In this document: positions 9,274-18,228 of the stretch, in pieces | How the letters are laid out: every line of letters begins with the position of its first letter | Numbering within the stretch: position 1 is the first letter of the stretch | Origin: Verrucomicrobiota bacterium | GTDB lineage: Bacteria > Verrucomicrobiota > Verrucomicrobiia > Limisphaerales > CANJXF01 | Reading direction: 5' to 3' | Assembly: GCA_038214755.1 (NCBI GenBank) | Contig: JBBQRQ010000025.1 | Coordinates: forward strand, 1 to 55,280 | DNA: 55,280 nucleotides | Notes under the pieces: model-generated | Databases searched by the model: none | What the model was told of the DNA's origin: nothing | The model's input: only the letters and a program-made list of their open reading frames with translations | Position numbers and translations under genes: made by a program

Positions 9274-9757
9274 ACGTGGAGTCTCCCATTAATTCCAAAG
9301 GTGTGCAAACCGTCGGCAATTCCCAGCCAAATCGTTTGGCTTCCCGTTCTAGTCGCCGGAGAATTTGCGCGTTGGCCAGATGCCGGCAGTTCCAAGTCAG
9401 CAGATAATCTGCGCGCACCATGGATGCGACCGCCAGATGGATTGCATCCGAACGCGCCGCCGCAGGTAGCGCTCCGGTTCGCAGAAACTCCGCCGCCAGC
9501 TTCTCAACTTCTGGCGTGATTGGCAGGCTTGGCAATTCAGCAAGCGCGGCCCGTCGCCGTCGAGCTTGCTCGGCATCGCCTCGTGCCGCCTCCGCTCGCG
9601 TCTCGTCCGACGTGATGCACGCGAAGCAATCCCGGCGCAGTTGCCACCAATCCCGCGTTGCTTGCTGTTGCCCAGCGATGAGCACGTCCCGGCTCGGAGT
9701 CGCCACCAGAAGGCTCACTACGCTCGTCTCAATGTAAACTGTTTCCATGCTGAACAC
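9251..9757 (-). CDS. PIN-domain (VapC-like) toxin
   Basis: VYIETSVVS, DAIHLA, DYLLTWNCRHLANA, P.VCTP.EL; start may be the ATG at 9748. Confidence 0.88.
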   Translation of the reverse strand: MFSMETVYIETSVVSLLVATPSRDVLIAGQQQATRDWWQLRRDCFACITSDETRAEAARGDAEQARRRRAALAELPSLPITPEVEKLAAEFLRTGALPAAARSDAIHLAVASMVRADYLLTWNCRHLANAQILRRLEREAKRFGWELPTVCTPLELMGDSTYETESDS

Positions 9758-9797
9758 GCCGACGTTATTTCAAGTGCCATCCAGCGTCGAGAGCCAA

Positions 9798-10220
9798 TCA
9801 TGGTTGGATACTAACGCGGTAACGAATTTGCCCGGTCAAACCGGTATTCAACTGGTCCTTCGTTACGGCTTCGAGAATGGTCCCGCCGTAATTCGCCGCT
9901 GCATCCTCCGGGTCGCGCGCCATGTTCATTGTTTCCGTGGCGATGGAAACTTTGTGAACGCGTTCCCACGGCCATTTGAAATACGGCCCGCCGGGCATAA
10001 TCACGCGGACTTGCGGATAGGCGTAACGAGTTTTCTCATCCGCGTTGAGCGCTTCGGAAACAGGATCATCGAGGGTCGTGAGATTTGAAATTCTCTGAGC
10101 GCGGCCAAAGATCGTTTTCACCGCGCGTTCGTTCTGGTTGACCGTGTAAAATCCCGCCGCGAGGTAACGCACCAAAAACCAGGCGACGAATCCGATGAAA
10201 CAGCCGATCAAAATAGGCAT
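9798..10220 (-). pseudogene. Truncated diverged duplicate of the first 137 codons of the SPFH gene 7928..8917
   Basis: Colinear at offset 1303 nt (9813-10220 vs 8510-8917); 5 amino-acid differences; ends after RYRVS. Confidence 0.92.
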
Positions 10221-10416
10221 AGGAGATATTTGTTAGCCCGTTGCTAGCGCGACGCCTGACAGTTGCCAAGTGGAATCGCGTGGCCGCCTTTTCGAGAGGG
10301 AAGAAATGTAGCCGCCGACGTTTGAAGGCGGATTTGCCGCCAGACGCAAAATCTTCGACCGCAGATTGACGCTGATAAACGCTAATTTCGGATAACGCCA
10401 AAGCGTGGAGAATATC

Positions 10417-10445
10417 TTGGCGACCAAGTTTCAAATGGATAGCTT
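10417..10445 (+). promoter_or_regulatory. Putative leaderless sigma70 promoter for the DUF262 gene
   Basis: TTGGCG-17 nt-TAGCTT, 7 nt upstream of ATG 10453. Confidence 0.45.
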
Positions 10446-10452
10446 TCCTAAC

Positions 10453-12147
10453 ATGGCTAAGGCTGAAGCGTCCGTAAACGAACTTGTTGAGATGATCGAG
10501 CGCGGCGAATTACGGCTGCCCGAAATGCAGCGGCGCTTTGTCTGGAAATCCACGCGCGTCCGCGATCTTCTTGATTCCCTTTATCGTGGTTACCCGTCGG
10601 GAGCAATTCTGCTTTGGGAAACGGACGAAGAAGTAGCGCAACAAGAATTCGCTGTTTCGCAGAGCAAAAATCCCTACAAAAGCAATCGCCTGCTTCTCGA
10701 CGGTCAGCAGCGCCTTACTTCCCTTTCCGCAGTGATTCGCGGCGAGCTAGTCAAGGTCCGGGGTCGCGCGCGCCCCATGGATCTGCTTTTCAATCTGGAC
10801 CACCCCGACAAGCTCACACTTGTTGCAGAGGTTGAAGAGGAGTCCGATGACGACCAAGATTTGTTTGAAGACGAAAATGAAGCCTCAGAAGACGAGCTTC
10901 AACGCCGATTTGACCAGATGACGTTTGTGGTTTCCACGAAGAAGCTGGAACAACTACCGCACTGGGTGAAGGTGTCCGATGTGTTCAAGACTGACTCTGA
11001 CGCACCATTCCTTGAGAAGGCCGGGGTCACTGGTTTCAAAGATGCGCGCTACCAGAAATACTCGGAACGACTCGCCAAGTTACGCGGTATCAAGAAATAC
11101 ATTTACCGCATGGATATACTTGAGCGCTCGTTGCGCTACGAGGAAGTCACCGAAATCTTCGTCCGTGTCAATTCGCTCGGCACGAAACTCCGCAGTTCCG
11201 ATCTAGCTTTGGCTCAAATCACAGCCAAGTGGCGCAATTCGTTGAAAATCTTCCAAGAGTTTGACGGGAAGTGCGCGGCGGCTGGTTTCGACTTTGACTT
11301 GGGTTTGCATCTCAAGAACCTGATCGCATTCGCCACCGGCCAGTCGCGCTTTCTGACGGTGGGAAGTCTTTCGGTGAACAGACTCCAAGCAGCATGGAAG
11401 GACTCATGCGAGGGCATGGAGTTCGCCCTCAATTTTCTCAAGAGCAATTGTGGCATCGAGAGTCCCGCACTGCTCTCCTCGCCGTTTGTTCTCATCACAC
11501 TCGCCAATTTTGGCAAGAAACTGAATTACCAGCTCACGCCGACACAGGCTGACCGTCTGCGATTCTGGGTGCTCGTCGCCAATGCAAAAGGTCGCTACTC
11601 CCGTGGGTCGTCCGAAACCATCCTTGACCAAGACCTCGTGACCGTGACGCGTGGAGGAGGCCCGGACGAACTGGTTGATCGAGTGCGGCTTCAAGTTGGC
11701 CGACTCGACATCGCGCCCGAAGAATTAGAAGGCCGCAATCAGCGTAGCGCTCTTTTCAAAACGATGTTCCTCGCGTTCCGGCAAGCGGGTGCAAAAGATT
11801 GGCGTTCGCACTTGGCAATCGCACTCGATCACTCCGGGCGACAACACCGCCTCCAGTTTCACCACATCTTCCCGAAAGCAACATTGAAGCACCGCGTCAC
11901 TGATCGCGAAGCCGACGACATTGCCAATCTTGCGTTCATCGGCGGAACAACGAACCGGAAGATCAGCGACAAGCCGCCAGTCGAATATCTTCCGCCGTTG
12001 ATCACTGAGTTAGGCGAACCAGCGTTTGCCGCGCAAGCAATCCCGACCAACCGCGCACTTTTGGAGTTGGACAGCTACAAGGCATTTTTGACTGAACGGC
12101 GAAAACGCATCGCACAAATGCTGAATTCATTTCTTGGTGTCAGCTAG
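10453..12147 (+). CDS. DUF262 + C-terminal HNH-like (DUF1524) protein, GmrSD-like modification-dependent nuclease
   Basis: LPEMQRRFVW, LLLDGQQRLTS, IFVRVNSLG; C-terminal HHIFP..DIANL..TNRKISDK. Confidence 0.88.
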   Translation: MAKAEASVNELVEMIERGELRLPEMQRRFVWKSTRVRDLLDSLYRGYPSGAILLWETDEEVAQQEFAVSQSKNPYKSNRLLLDGQQRLTSLSAVIRGELVKVRGRARPMDLLFNLDHPDKLTLVAEVEEESDDDQDLFEDENEASEDELQRRFDQMTFVVSTKKLEQLPHWVKVSDVFKTDSDAPFLEKAGVTGFKDARYQKYSERLAKLRGIKKYIYRMDILERSLRYEEVTEIFVRVNSLGTKLRSSDLALAQITAKWRNSLKIFQEFDGKCAAAGFDFDLGLHLKNLIAFATGQSRFLTVGSLSVNRLQAAWKDSCEGMEFALNFLKSNCGIESPALLSSPFVLITLANFGKKLNYQLTPTQADRLRFWVLVANAKGRYSRGSSETILDQDLVTVTRGGGPDELVDRVRLQVGRLDIAPEELEGRNQRSALFKTMFLAFRQAGAKDWRSHLAIALDHSGRQHRLQFHHIFPKATLKHRVTDREADDIANLAFIGGTTNRKISDKPPVEYLPPLITELGEPAFAAQAIPTNRALLELDSYKAFLTERRKRIAQMLNSFLGVS

Positions 12148-12198
12148 TGAGCGGTCAATGAAAGTCATCCCATGAGTAAGCTCAGACAGCCGGTTTTT

Positions 12199-12305
12199 AA
12201 TTCCATCGAATTCGATGGGTTTAGCAATTGTGGCGGATTCGCCACAATTAAAAGTCGGGCATGCGAACCAACCCTGAATTTAATCCCGTCGAATTCGACG
12301 GGAAT
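12199..12305. repeat. Array of three variant 24-bp palindromes homologous to a palindrome inside the KilA-N gene
   Basis: AATTCCATCGAATTCGATGGGTTT (12199), AATTGTGGCGGATTCGCCACAATT (12226), AATCCCGTCGAATTCGACGGGAAT (12282) versus AAACCTCTCGAATTCGAGAGGTTT (12535). Confidence 0.85.
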
Positions 12306-12327
12306 AAGAAACCAACGCGACTGAAAT

Positions 12328-13170
12328 ATGAGCCAGCCCAAGAAATCCATCATCGAAGTTCAGGGCACGGCCATCGCCGTCCTGAATCAGAACGATCAGG
12401 ATTACATCTCGCTGACGGACGTCGCCCGGTATCGGGATTCGCAAGAGCCGTTTGCCATCATCAACAACTGGATGCGCAGTCGCAGCACGATTGAATTCCT
12501 TGGGCTTTGGGAAAGACTTGGCAATCCGAATTTCAAACCTCTCGAATTCGAGAGGTTTAGAAATGAGGCTGGCAGCAACTACTTCGTCCTCTCGCCTCAA
12601 CGATGGATTGAAGCCACTCAAGCCATTGGCATCACCTCAAAATCAGGCCGTTATGGCGGCACTTACGCCCACCGGGATATTGCCTTTGAGTTCGCCTCCT
12701 GGATTTCTTCCGAATTCAAGCTCTACCTCATCCGGGAATTCCAACGGCTCAAGGATGACGAAAGCCGCCGACTCTCGCTCGCGTGGAATCTCAACCGCAC
12801 GCTCTCGAAGCTGAATTATCGCATCCATACCGACGCGGTTAAGGCACACCTCATCCCCGCGATGGTTACGCCCGCGCAGGCGGCCATCACTTACGCGACC
12901 GAAGCGGATTTGCTCAATGTCGCGCTCTTTGGCCAGACCGCCCGGCATTGGCGCGACGCCAATCCCAAGCTGGAGGGCAACGTCCGCGATTACGCGAGCG
13001 TCGAGCAACTGCTGGTCCTCGCGAACATGGAAGGCATGAACGCCGAGTTCATTCACATGGGATTGCCGCAAGGCGAACGTCTCAAACGGCTCAATCAAAT
13101 CGCCATTCGCCAGATGCAGGTTCTGACTTCCTCGAATCTGAAAGCGCTGCCCGGCACGAAAGAAAAATAA
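12328..13170 (+). CDS. KilA-N domain DNA-binding protein
   Basis: DYISLTD.AR, NWMR.RSTIEFLGLWE, SPQRWIE, GRYGGTYAHRDIAFEFASW. Confidence 0.92.
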   Translation: MSQPKKSIIEVQGTAIAVLNQNDQDYISLTDVARYRDSQEPFAIINNWMRSRSTIEFLGLWERLGNPNFKPLEFERFRNEAGSNYFVLSPQRWIEATQAIGITSKSGRYGGTYAHRDIAFEFASWISSEFKLYLIREFQRLKDDESRRLSLAWNLNRTLSKLNYRIHTDAVKAHLIPAMVTPAQAAITYATEADLLNVALFGQTARHWRDANPKLEGNVRDYASVEQLLVLANMEGMNAEFIHMGLPQGERLKRLNQIAIRQMQVLTSSNLKALPGTKEK

Positions 13171-13278
13171 ATCTCGGATGTCGTTTGGGGCTCAAGCCTT
13201 CACGTAAAGCTCACGTCTTCGGTTATTTTCATCGAGCAGAAATGTAGGTCGTTTCGGGTCAATCCAACGTTTCCAAAA

Positions 13279-15549
13279 TCAGCGTCGGTTTTTTCGCCTG
13301 TTCGCTGGCGCGCCGCGTTTCGGTGAAGAAAACTTTTTGTGACTCGATGGAATCACGTTGCGGGAACTGACCATCATCCGGCTACGTTCACCGCCTGATC
13401 GAGAAGATTGGTTAAAGCGATTGGGCGGCAGACTCGGAGAACTTACTTTTGCCAATTGAAAATCAATCTGCTTCTTGAACGTGTCCACTATGTAAACCTG
13501 CACGGTAACTTTGTCGCCGAGCTTGATGATACGTCGCGTGCGCCGACCAATGAGATGATTGCGCGCCGGATCGAAAATAAAGAAATCATCTTGTATCGAA
13601 GAAAGGTGAACCAGGCCGCTTAGCCCGAGACCCGGCACATCAACAAAAAATCCCATGTTGCGCACGTCGGTGACGAGCGCGGGATAACTTTGCAATTCGC
13701 CGGACTTCAATTGCGCCTTCAGAAACGCGAAGAGTTTTACATCTTTGCTGTCGCGCTCGGCGTCGGCGGAATTGCGTTCAGTGTCAGAAATGTGGTCGGC
13801 GGTTTCTTTTAGTTTCATGATCGGCGCGTGAATGTTCTCGAATAAAACGCGATGCACAATCAAGTCTGCGTAACGACGAATCGGCGAAGTGAAATGCGTG
13901 TATTTGGTTTTCGCCAAACCGTAATGCCCGAGCGGTTCGACGGCGTAACGAGCGCGCATGAGCGAACGGAGAAAACCAATCTTCAACGCCTGGCCAATCG
14001 GTAACGTGTTCAACTTCGCCAAAAGTTTTTGGACTTCGGGACGATGGTTCAAGTTGCCGATTTGAATGCCATGCTCGCGAACATCTTCGCGATATTCGTT
14101 CAATCGCCGTTCCGCCGGCGGTTCGTGAACCCGATAAACAGCGGGCTTGTGCAAACTCATCAGGCGCGTCGCGACGGCTTCGTTGGCGAGCAGCATGTAT
14201 TCCTCGATCAACTGATGGGAAACATCGTTCTCAATCCGTTCGATGCGCAACACGCGTCCTTGTTCGTCCAAACGGATTTTGTTTTCTGGAAAATCCAAGT
14301 CGAGCGAACCAGCTTTGAAACGGGCGCGTCGAATTTTTTGCGCCATCTCGTGCGCGCCATGGAGCATTCGGTCAATGGGATCGTTGGAAGGTGATTTCTT
14401 TTGCAGGCTCGCCAAAACTTCTTTGTAAGTGAAACGGCGCTTGGAGCGGATGACCGCCGGATAAAATTTCGTTTGCAGAACTTTGCCGTCGTCGGACAAA
14501 AGGAACTCGACGCATTTTGTCAGGCGAGCCACGTCGGGCTTGAGCGAGCAAAGTTCGTTGCTCAACGCTTCGGGCAACATCGGTATGACGCGATCCACGA
14601 GGTAAGTGGAGTTGCCGCGTTTGCGCGCTTCGACATCCAGTGCGCTCTCCGGTTTCACGTAGTGCGAAACATCCGCGATGTGAACCCATAATTTCCATTG
14701 CTCCGCGCCGCTGCGTTGCAAACAAATCGCGTCGTCGAAATCTTTCGCGTCATCGGGATCAATCGTCACGACAAGATGCGCGCGGCAATCGACGCGCCCT
14801 TGAAATTCCTGTGACGTTGGCTCCTTCGATTTCGCGATGGCATTCGCTTCGTTCAAAACCGGTTTCGGAAAATGGAGAGGCAATTCGTATTGGCGCAACA
14901 CCGAAAGCATGTCCACGCCTTCTTCGTCCGGGGCGCCGAGCACTTCGATGATTTCTCCCTCGGGGTTGGTGTGGCGCGATTCCCAACTCAGTAGTTCAAC
15001 CACAACTTTGTCGCCGATGTTTGCCGGTCTGCCGACGTCACGCGGTTCGGGAACGTAAACATCGTGCGGTATGCGCGGGTCGTCGGGAATAACGTAGAGA
15101 AATTGTTTGCCGCGTTGCAAAGTGCCGACGATTTGCGCGCGCTTGCGTTCCAAAACGCGAATGACCGCGCCGGTGATTTCGCCTTCTTTTTGCGGGCGTG
15201 GGCCTTTGCCTTTGGTGTCGCGACGGATGAGAACGCGGTCACCGTGAAGGGCGGTGGAAGTTTCATTTTGAGGAATGACAATTTCCTGCACGCCCGTTTC
15301 GTCCGGACGGAGAAAACCTTTTCCGGCTCGATTAATTTGAATCACGCCCGGAACGAGGTCGGCTTCGCGTGCTGCGATATAACGGTTGCCTTTAGTGCGA
15401 ACGATCTGACCGGATTTTTCGAGCGCGGCCAATACTTGTTGCAGTTCCTGCTGCTGGTTGGGTCGCAAGCATAAATGCCGAAGCAATTCTGGAACGTTCG
15501 ATGGCGGATAGTTTCTTCCAGCAAGCAATTTTAAAATTTTTTCTTCCAT
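13279..15549 (-). CDS. rnr: Ribonuclease R
   Basis: Cold-shock domains, RNB motif TIDPDDAKDFDDA, HIADVSHYV, YTHFTSPIRRYADL, C-terminal S1 domain and basic tail. Confidence 0.97.
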   Translation of the reverse strand: MEEKILKLLAGRNYPPSNVPELLRHLCLRPNQQQELQQVLAALEKSGQIVRTKGNRYIAAREADLVPGVIQINRAGKGFLRPDETGVQEIVIPQNETSTALHGDRVLIRRDTKGKGPRPQKEGEITGAVIRVLERKRAQIVGTLQRGKQFLYVIPDDPRIPHDVYVPEPRDVGRPANIGDKVVVELLSWESRHTNPEGEIIEVLGAPDEEGVDMLSVLRQYELPLHFPKPVLNEANAIAKSKEPTSQEFQGRVDCRAHLVVTIDPDDAKDFDDAICLQRSGAEQWKLWVHIADVSHYVKPESALDVEARKRGNSTYLVDRVIPMLPEALSNELCSLKPDVARLTKCVEFLLSDDGKVLQTKFYPAVIRSKRRFTYKEVLASLQKKSPSNDPIDRMLHGAHEMAQKIRRARFKAGSLDLDFPENKIRLDEQGRVLRIERIENDVSHQLIEEYMLLANEAVATRLMSLHKPAVYRVHEPPAERRLNEYREDVREHGIQIGNLNHRPEVQKLLAKLNTLPIGQALKIGFLRSLMRARYAVEPLGHYGLAKTKYTHFTSPIRRYADLIVHRVLFENIHAPIMKLKETADHISDTERNSADAERDSKDVKLFAFLKAQLKSGELQSYPALVTDVRNMGFFVDVPGLGLSGLVHLSSIQDDFFIFDPARNHLIGRRTRRIIKLGDKVTVQVYIVDTFKKQIDFQLAKVSSPSLPPNRFNQSSRSGGERSRMMVSSRNVIPSSHKKFSSPKRGAPANRRKNRR

Positions 15550-15659
15550 AACAACCCAAACTAAATCGGAATGACGCAGCGAATACTCGACAAAGGTTTA
15601 ACGCAAAGACCCAAAGAGGCGAAGCCGCAAAGTCTTTGAAATTAATCTTGATGCCTCCC

Positions 15660-16085
15660 CTACTCCCCAACCTCCAACACGTCGCGGACGAACGACTCGG
15701 GTGTAATCGGCTGCGGTTTGTGGCCTGCATCGCGCAGGACGGCAAAGTGCCCATCCTCCGTAATCAGAAAATCCGCTTCGGCGGCAATGGCGCAATCGGC
15801 AAATTTATCGTCGTCCGGATCAGTGGTGATAAGCCGCCAGTGAAAGCGTGGTTCGACGTGGAGGATGGTTTCGTAAAGTTGTGCCGTCAGGTCAAAAATC
15901 TGCGCCACTCGTTCCCAGTTGACTCGGCGTGCGTAGCGGACAATGACTTCCTCATATTCGAGCCAGATGGCGGTGGAAATCGCCACATTCAACTGTCCCT
16001 CTGTAATCGCCCCTTTTAACCTCTTGTGCTGCGAACGCACCCCGAACATTTGCACGACGGCATTCGTATCGAGGACAACGGTCAT
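15660..16085 (-). CDS. PIN-family toxin
   Basis: VVLDTN, EYEEV, DPDDDKFADCA, LITEDGHF. Confidence 0.9.
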   Translation of the reverse strand: MTVVLDTNAVVQMFGVRSQHKRLKGAITEGQLNVAISTAIWLEYEEVIVRYARRVNWERVAQIFDLTAQLYETILHVEPRFHWRLITTDPDDDKFADCAIAAEADFLITEDGHFAVLRDAGHKPQPITPESFVRDVLEVGE

Positions 16086-16318
16086 GCAGCCGACCGCGCT
16101 CGAATCGCGGCCCGCGCTTCCTGAATGATTTGCGGCAGATGAGCCAACCGTCCTTGTTCCCGCAGCGTGTCGAATTCGGCATCCACCTCCGCCACGACTT
16201 GATCGAGTTCGAGGCGAAGCGCCACGCGATGCAAAATGGCGAGAGCTTCACCGTCGAGTTGATCTACTTTCGCATGTAGCGCTGGGCGGAGTTCCGAGGG
16301 TTCCAATGTCGTCGGCAT
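16082..16318 (-). CDS. Probable antitoxin coupled to the PIN toxin
   Basis: 78-aa ORF (MPTTLEP..) overlapping the PIN start by ATGA. Confidence 0.65.
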   Translation of the reverse strand: MPTTLEPSELRPALHAKVDQLDGEALAILHRVALRLELDQVVAEVDAEFDTLREQGRLAHLPQIIQEARAAIRARSAA

Positions 16319-16372
16319 GAACGCACTGTGCCATAGATCGCTCATGCCGCCAAGCCGCAAACATCTGAGGAA

Positions 16373-17434
16373 TTAAAACTGAGAACGCAAGATTTCCGCC
16401 GCGGCCACTTCATTCCGAATTTTTTGATATGCCTCATCCATGCTGACGACTGCGCCGGAGCCGGGGGCGAAACCGCAGTCGGGATTCAACGTTATTCGTT
16501 CCGGCGCGAGAAATTGGCAGGCTTGTTTCACGCGGCTGACGATTGTTTCCGCGGAATCAATCTGGCCGGGTGCGACGCTGACGCAGCCCAAACCAATTTC
16601 AAAATCTTCGCGAAGTTTTTTGAAAACCGCCATATCGCCAGCGCCGGGCGCGGTGAATTCCATGGTGAGATGATGAACTTTTAAATTGTTCAACTGTTTG
16701 AGAATGGGATCGTAGCCGCCTTGAAATTGCGCTTCGCCCCTAACTCTCGCTCCAGCGCGACGGCAAAGATGGACGGCGAGTTTTATGCCGCTGATCCCGC
16801 TAACAAGTTGATTGACCATATCGACGGAAAAATCTGCCGCGGCGTCAGCGTTTGGATATTGTGACCGGACTTGCGGATCGACGAAAAGACAAAGATGCGG
16901 ATCATCAATTTGCGCGATGTCGGCTCCCGCTTCTTTGATCAATTCCAGTTCGCGGCGAAGAATTGGAACGCAATCGCGGACAAAATCATCGCGGTTCGGA
17001 TAAGCCTTCCGGGATTTCTCGGCGTGCCACATCCGTTCACCCAGCAAAGCAGGAGACGGCAAAGTCGCTTTGATTTTTCGATTCGTAATTTTTTTGAGGA
17101 AGGTGATTTCCTTCGCGATGAAGCCGGGGGTTTTTGCAGCGAGTTTATCGACGACGATGGTCCAGGGGCGATTGTCGCCGGGGTTGTAGCCGAGTTCAAA
17201 GCCGTGTGCGAGTTCGGCAATGACGCCGATGTAGGATTTGCGCCGCCATTCGCCGTCGGTGAGAACATCGAGTCCGGCGTGTTCCTGCAAGGCGACGATG
17301 TAACGAACTGCGGCGTCCATTTCGTGTTCGTAACGCTCGGGCGAGAGTGGCGGTTTGTCGTTGATGAGGTCTTGAACAAAATTCGAGCGCGGCATGGAGC
17401 CAACGACGGAAGTGGGAAATAAAATCTTGCTCAC
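16373..17434 (-). CDS. Cobalamin-independent methionine synthase II family (single-barrel MetE-like) protein
   Basis: VGSMPR, TDGEWRR, QIDDP, zinc-ligand motifs HLC, MEF, NPDCG. Confidence 0.88.
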   Translation of the reverse strand: MSKILFPTSVVGSMPRSNFVQDLINDKPPLSPERYEHEMDAAVRYIVALQEHAGLDVLTDGEWRRKSYIGVIAELAHGFELGYNPGDNRPWTIVVDKLAAKTPGFIAKEITFLKKITNRKIKATLPSPALLGERMWHAEKSRKAYPNRDDFVRDCVPILRRELELIKEAGADIAQIDDPHLCLFVDPQVRSQYPNADAAADFSVDMVNQLVSGISGIKLAVHLCRRAGARVRGEAQFQGGYDPILKQLNNLKVHHLTMEFTAPGAGDMAVFKKLREDFEIGLGCVSVAPGQIDSAETIVSRVKQACQFLAPERITLNPDCGFAPGSGAVVSMDEAYQKIRNEVAAAEILRSQF

Positions 17435-17463
17435 CGTCGTAACGAATCAGCTACACTCGGTTT

Positions 17464-17697
17464 ATGCAAGCGACCATTGAAATTGACGCTCAATTACTTC
17501 ATGAAGCGGAAGCGGCGGCGCGGCGCAAAGGTCAGGGGCTTTCGGTCCTTGTCGAACAAGCGTTGAGAGATTCGCTTCGGACATCCCAGGAAGCGGTGCC
17601 CATCGAACTTTATGGTGAACCATTGACGGAGGAGGATATTGCTGAAAGCGCTCGTGTCGCTTTTAGCCTGTTGGACGCGGAGGAAAAAAGTGCCTGA
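17464..17697 (+). CDS. Ribbon-helix-helix-type antitoxin
   Basis: TIEID..LL.EA...A...G..LS.LVE.ALR; overlaps the downstream toxin. Confidence 0.75.
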   Translation: MQATIEIDAQLLHEAEAAARRKGQGLSVLVEQALRDSLRTSQEAVPIELYGEPLTEEDIAESARVAFSLLDAEEKSA

Positions 17698-18010
17698 ACG
17701 GGGTGAGGTTTGGCTGGTGGATTTGGGAATGGTCGAGAAAGTCCGGCCTGCTTTAATTCTAAGCGGTCCTTGCGGCCCCAATGACCGGGACATCCTATCG
17801 GTCATACCTCACACAACAACGCTTCGCGGTTCACAATATGAGATCGTCATTCCACTTCCATTTCTCAAGCCGGGAGGCTTCCTTGTGCAAAGTCCGGCAA
17901 CGGTGCCAAGTCGGCGCGCGGAAAAATTCCTTGGACGAATGACGGAAGCGCAAATTTGCCAGATTGAAGTTGGTTTGCTCCAATGGCTGAAAATTCGGCG
18001 AGACAGATAA
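17690..18010 (+). CDS. PemK/MazF-family toxin
   Basis: RGEVWLVDLG..EKVRPALILS, VIPHTT; GTG start at 17690. Confidence 0.9.
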   Translation: MPERGEVWLVDLGMVEKVRPALILSGPCGPNDRDILSVIPHTTTLRGSQYEIVIPLPFLKPGGFLVQSPATVPSRRAEKFLGRMTEAQICQIEVGLLQWLKIRRDR

Positions 18011-18228
18011 TCTTCGGGAGAAGAACAATTTCGATCTCGAAATCCAAGCGATGACCGATATCGCGCGGATGTTTTTTTTGGCTCATCGTCCTCCTGCTGA
18101 GGAGACGCATCGATGAAACGGGGTTTGAGAAAATTGTGAACTGCTTTTTGATCCGGAACATCGTAGAAGGCACTTGAGGAGACTCATTTTATTTTTTAGT
18201 TAGAGACTCCTCACGTCGCTCCTACGGT

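Noticed and set aside
12199..12305. Palindrome array as a mini-CRISPR
   Set aside because: The units are variable palindromes with irregular spacing, not constant repeats with unique spacers, and no cas genes are present
18011..18190. Possible HTH or antitoxin remnant (RDIGHRLDFEIEIVLLPK)
   Set aside because: Too short and degenerate to assign
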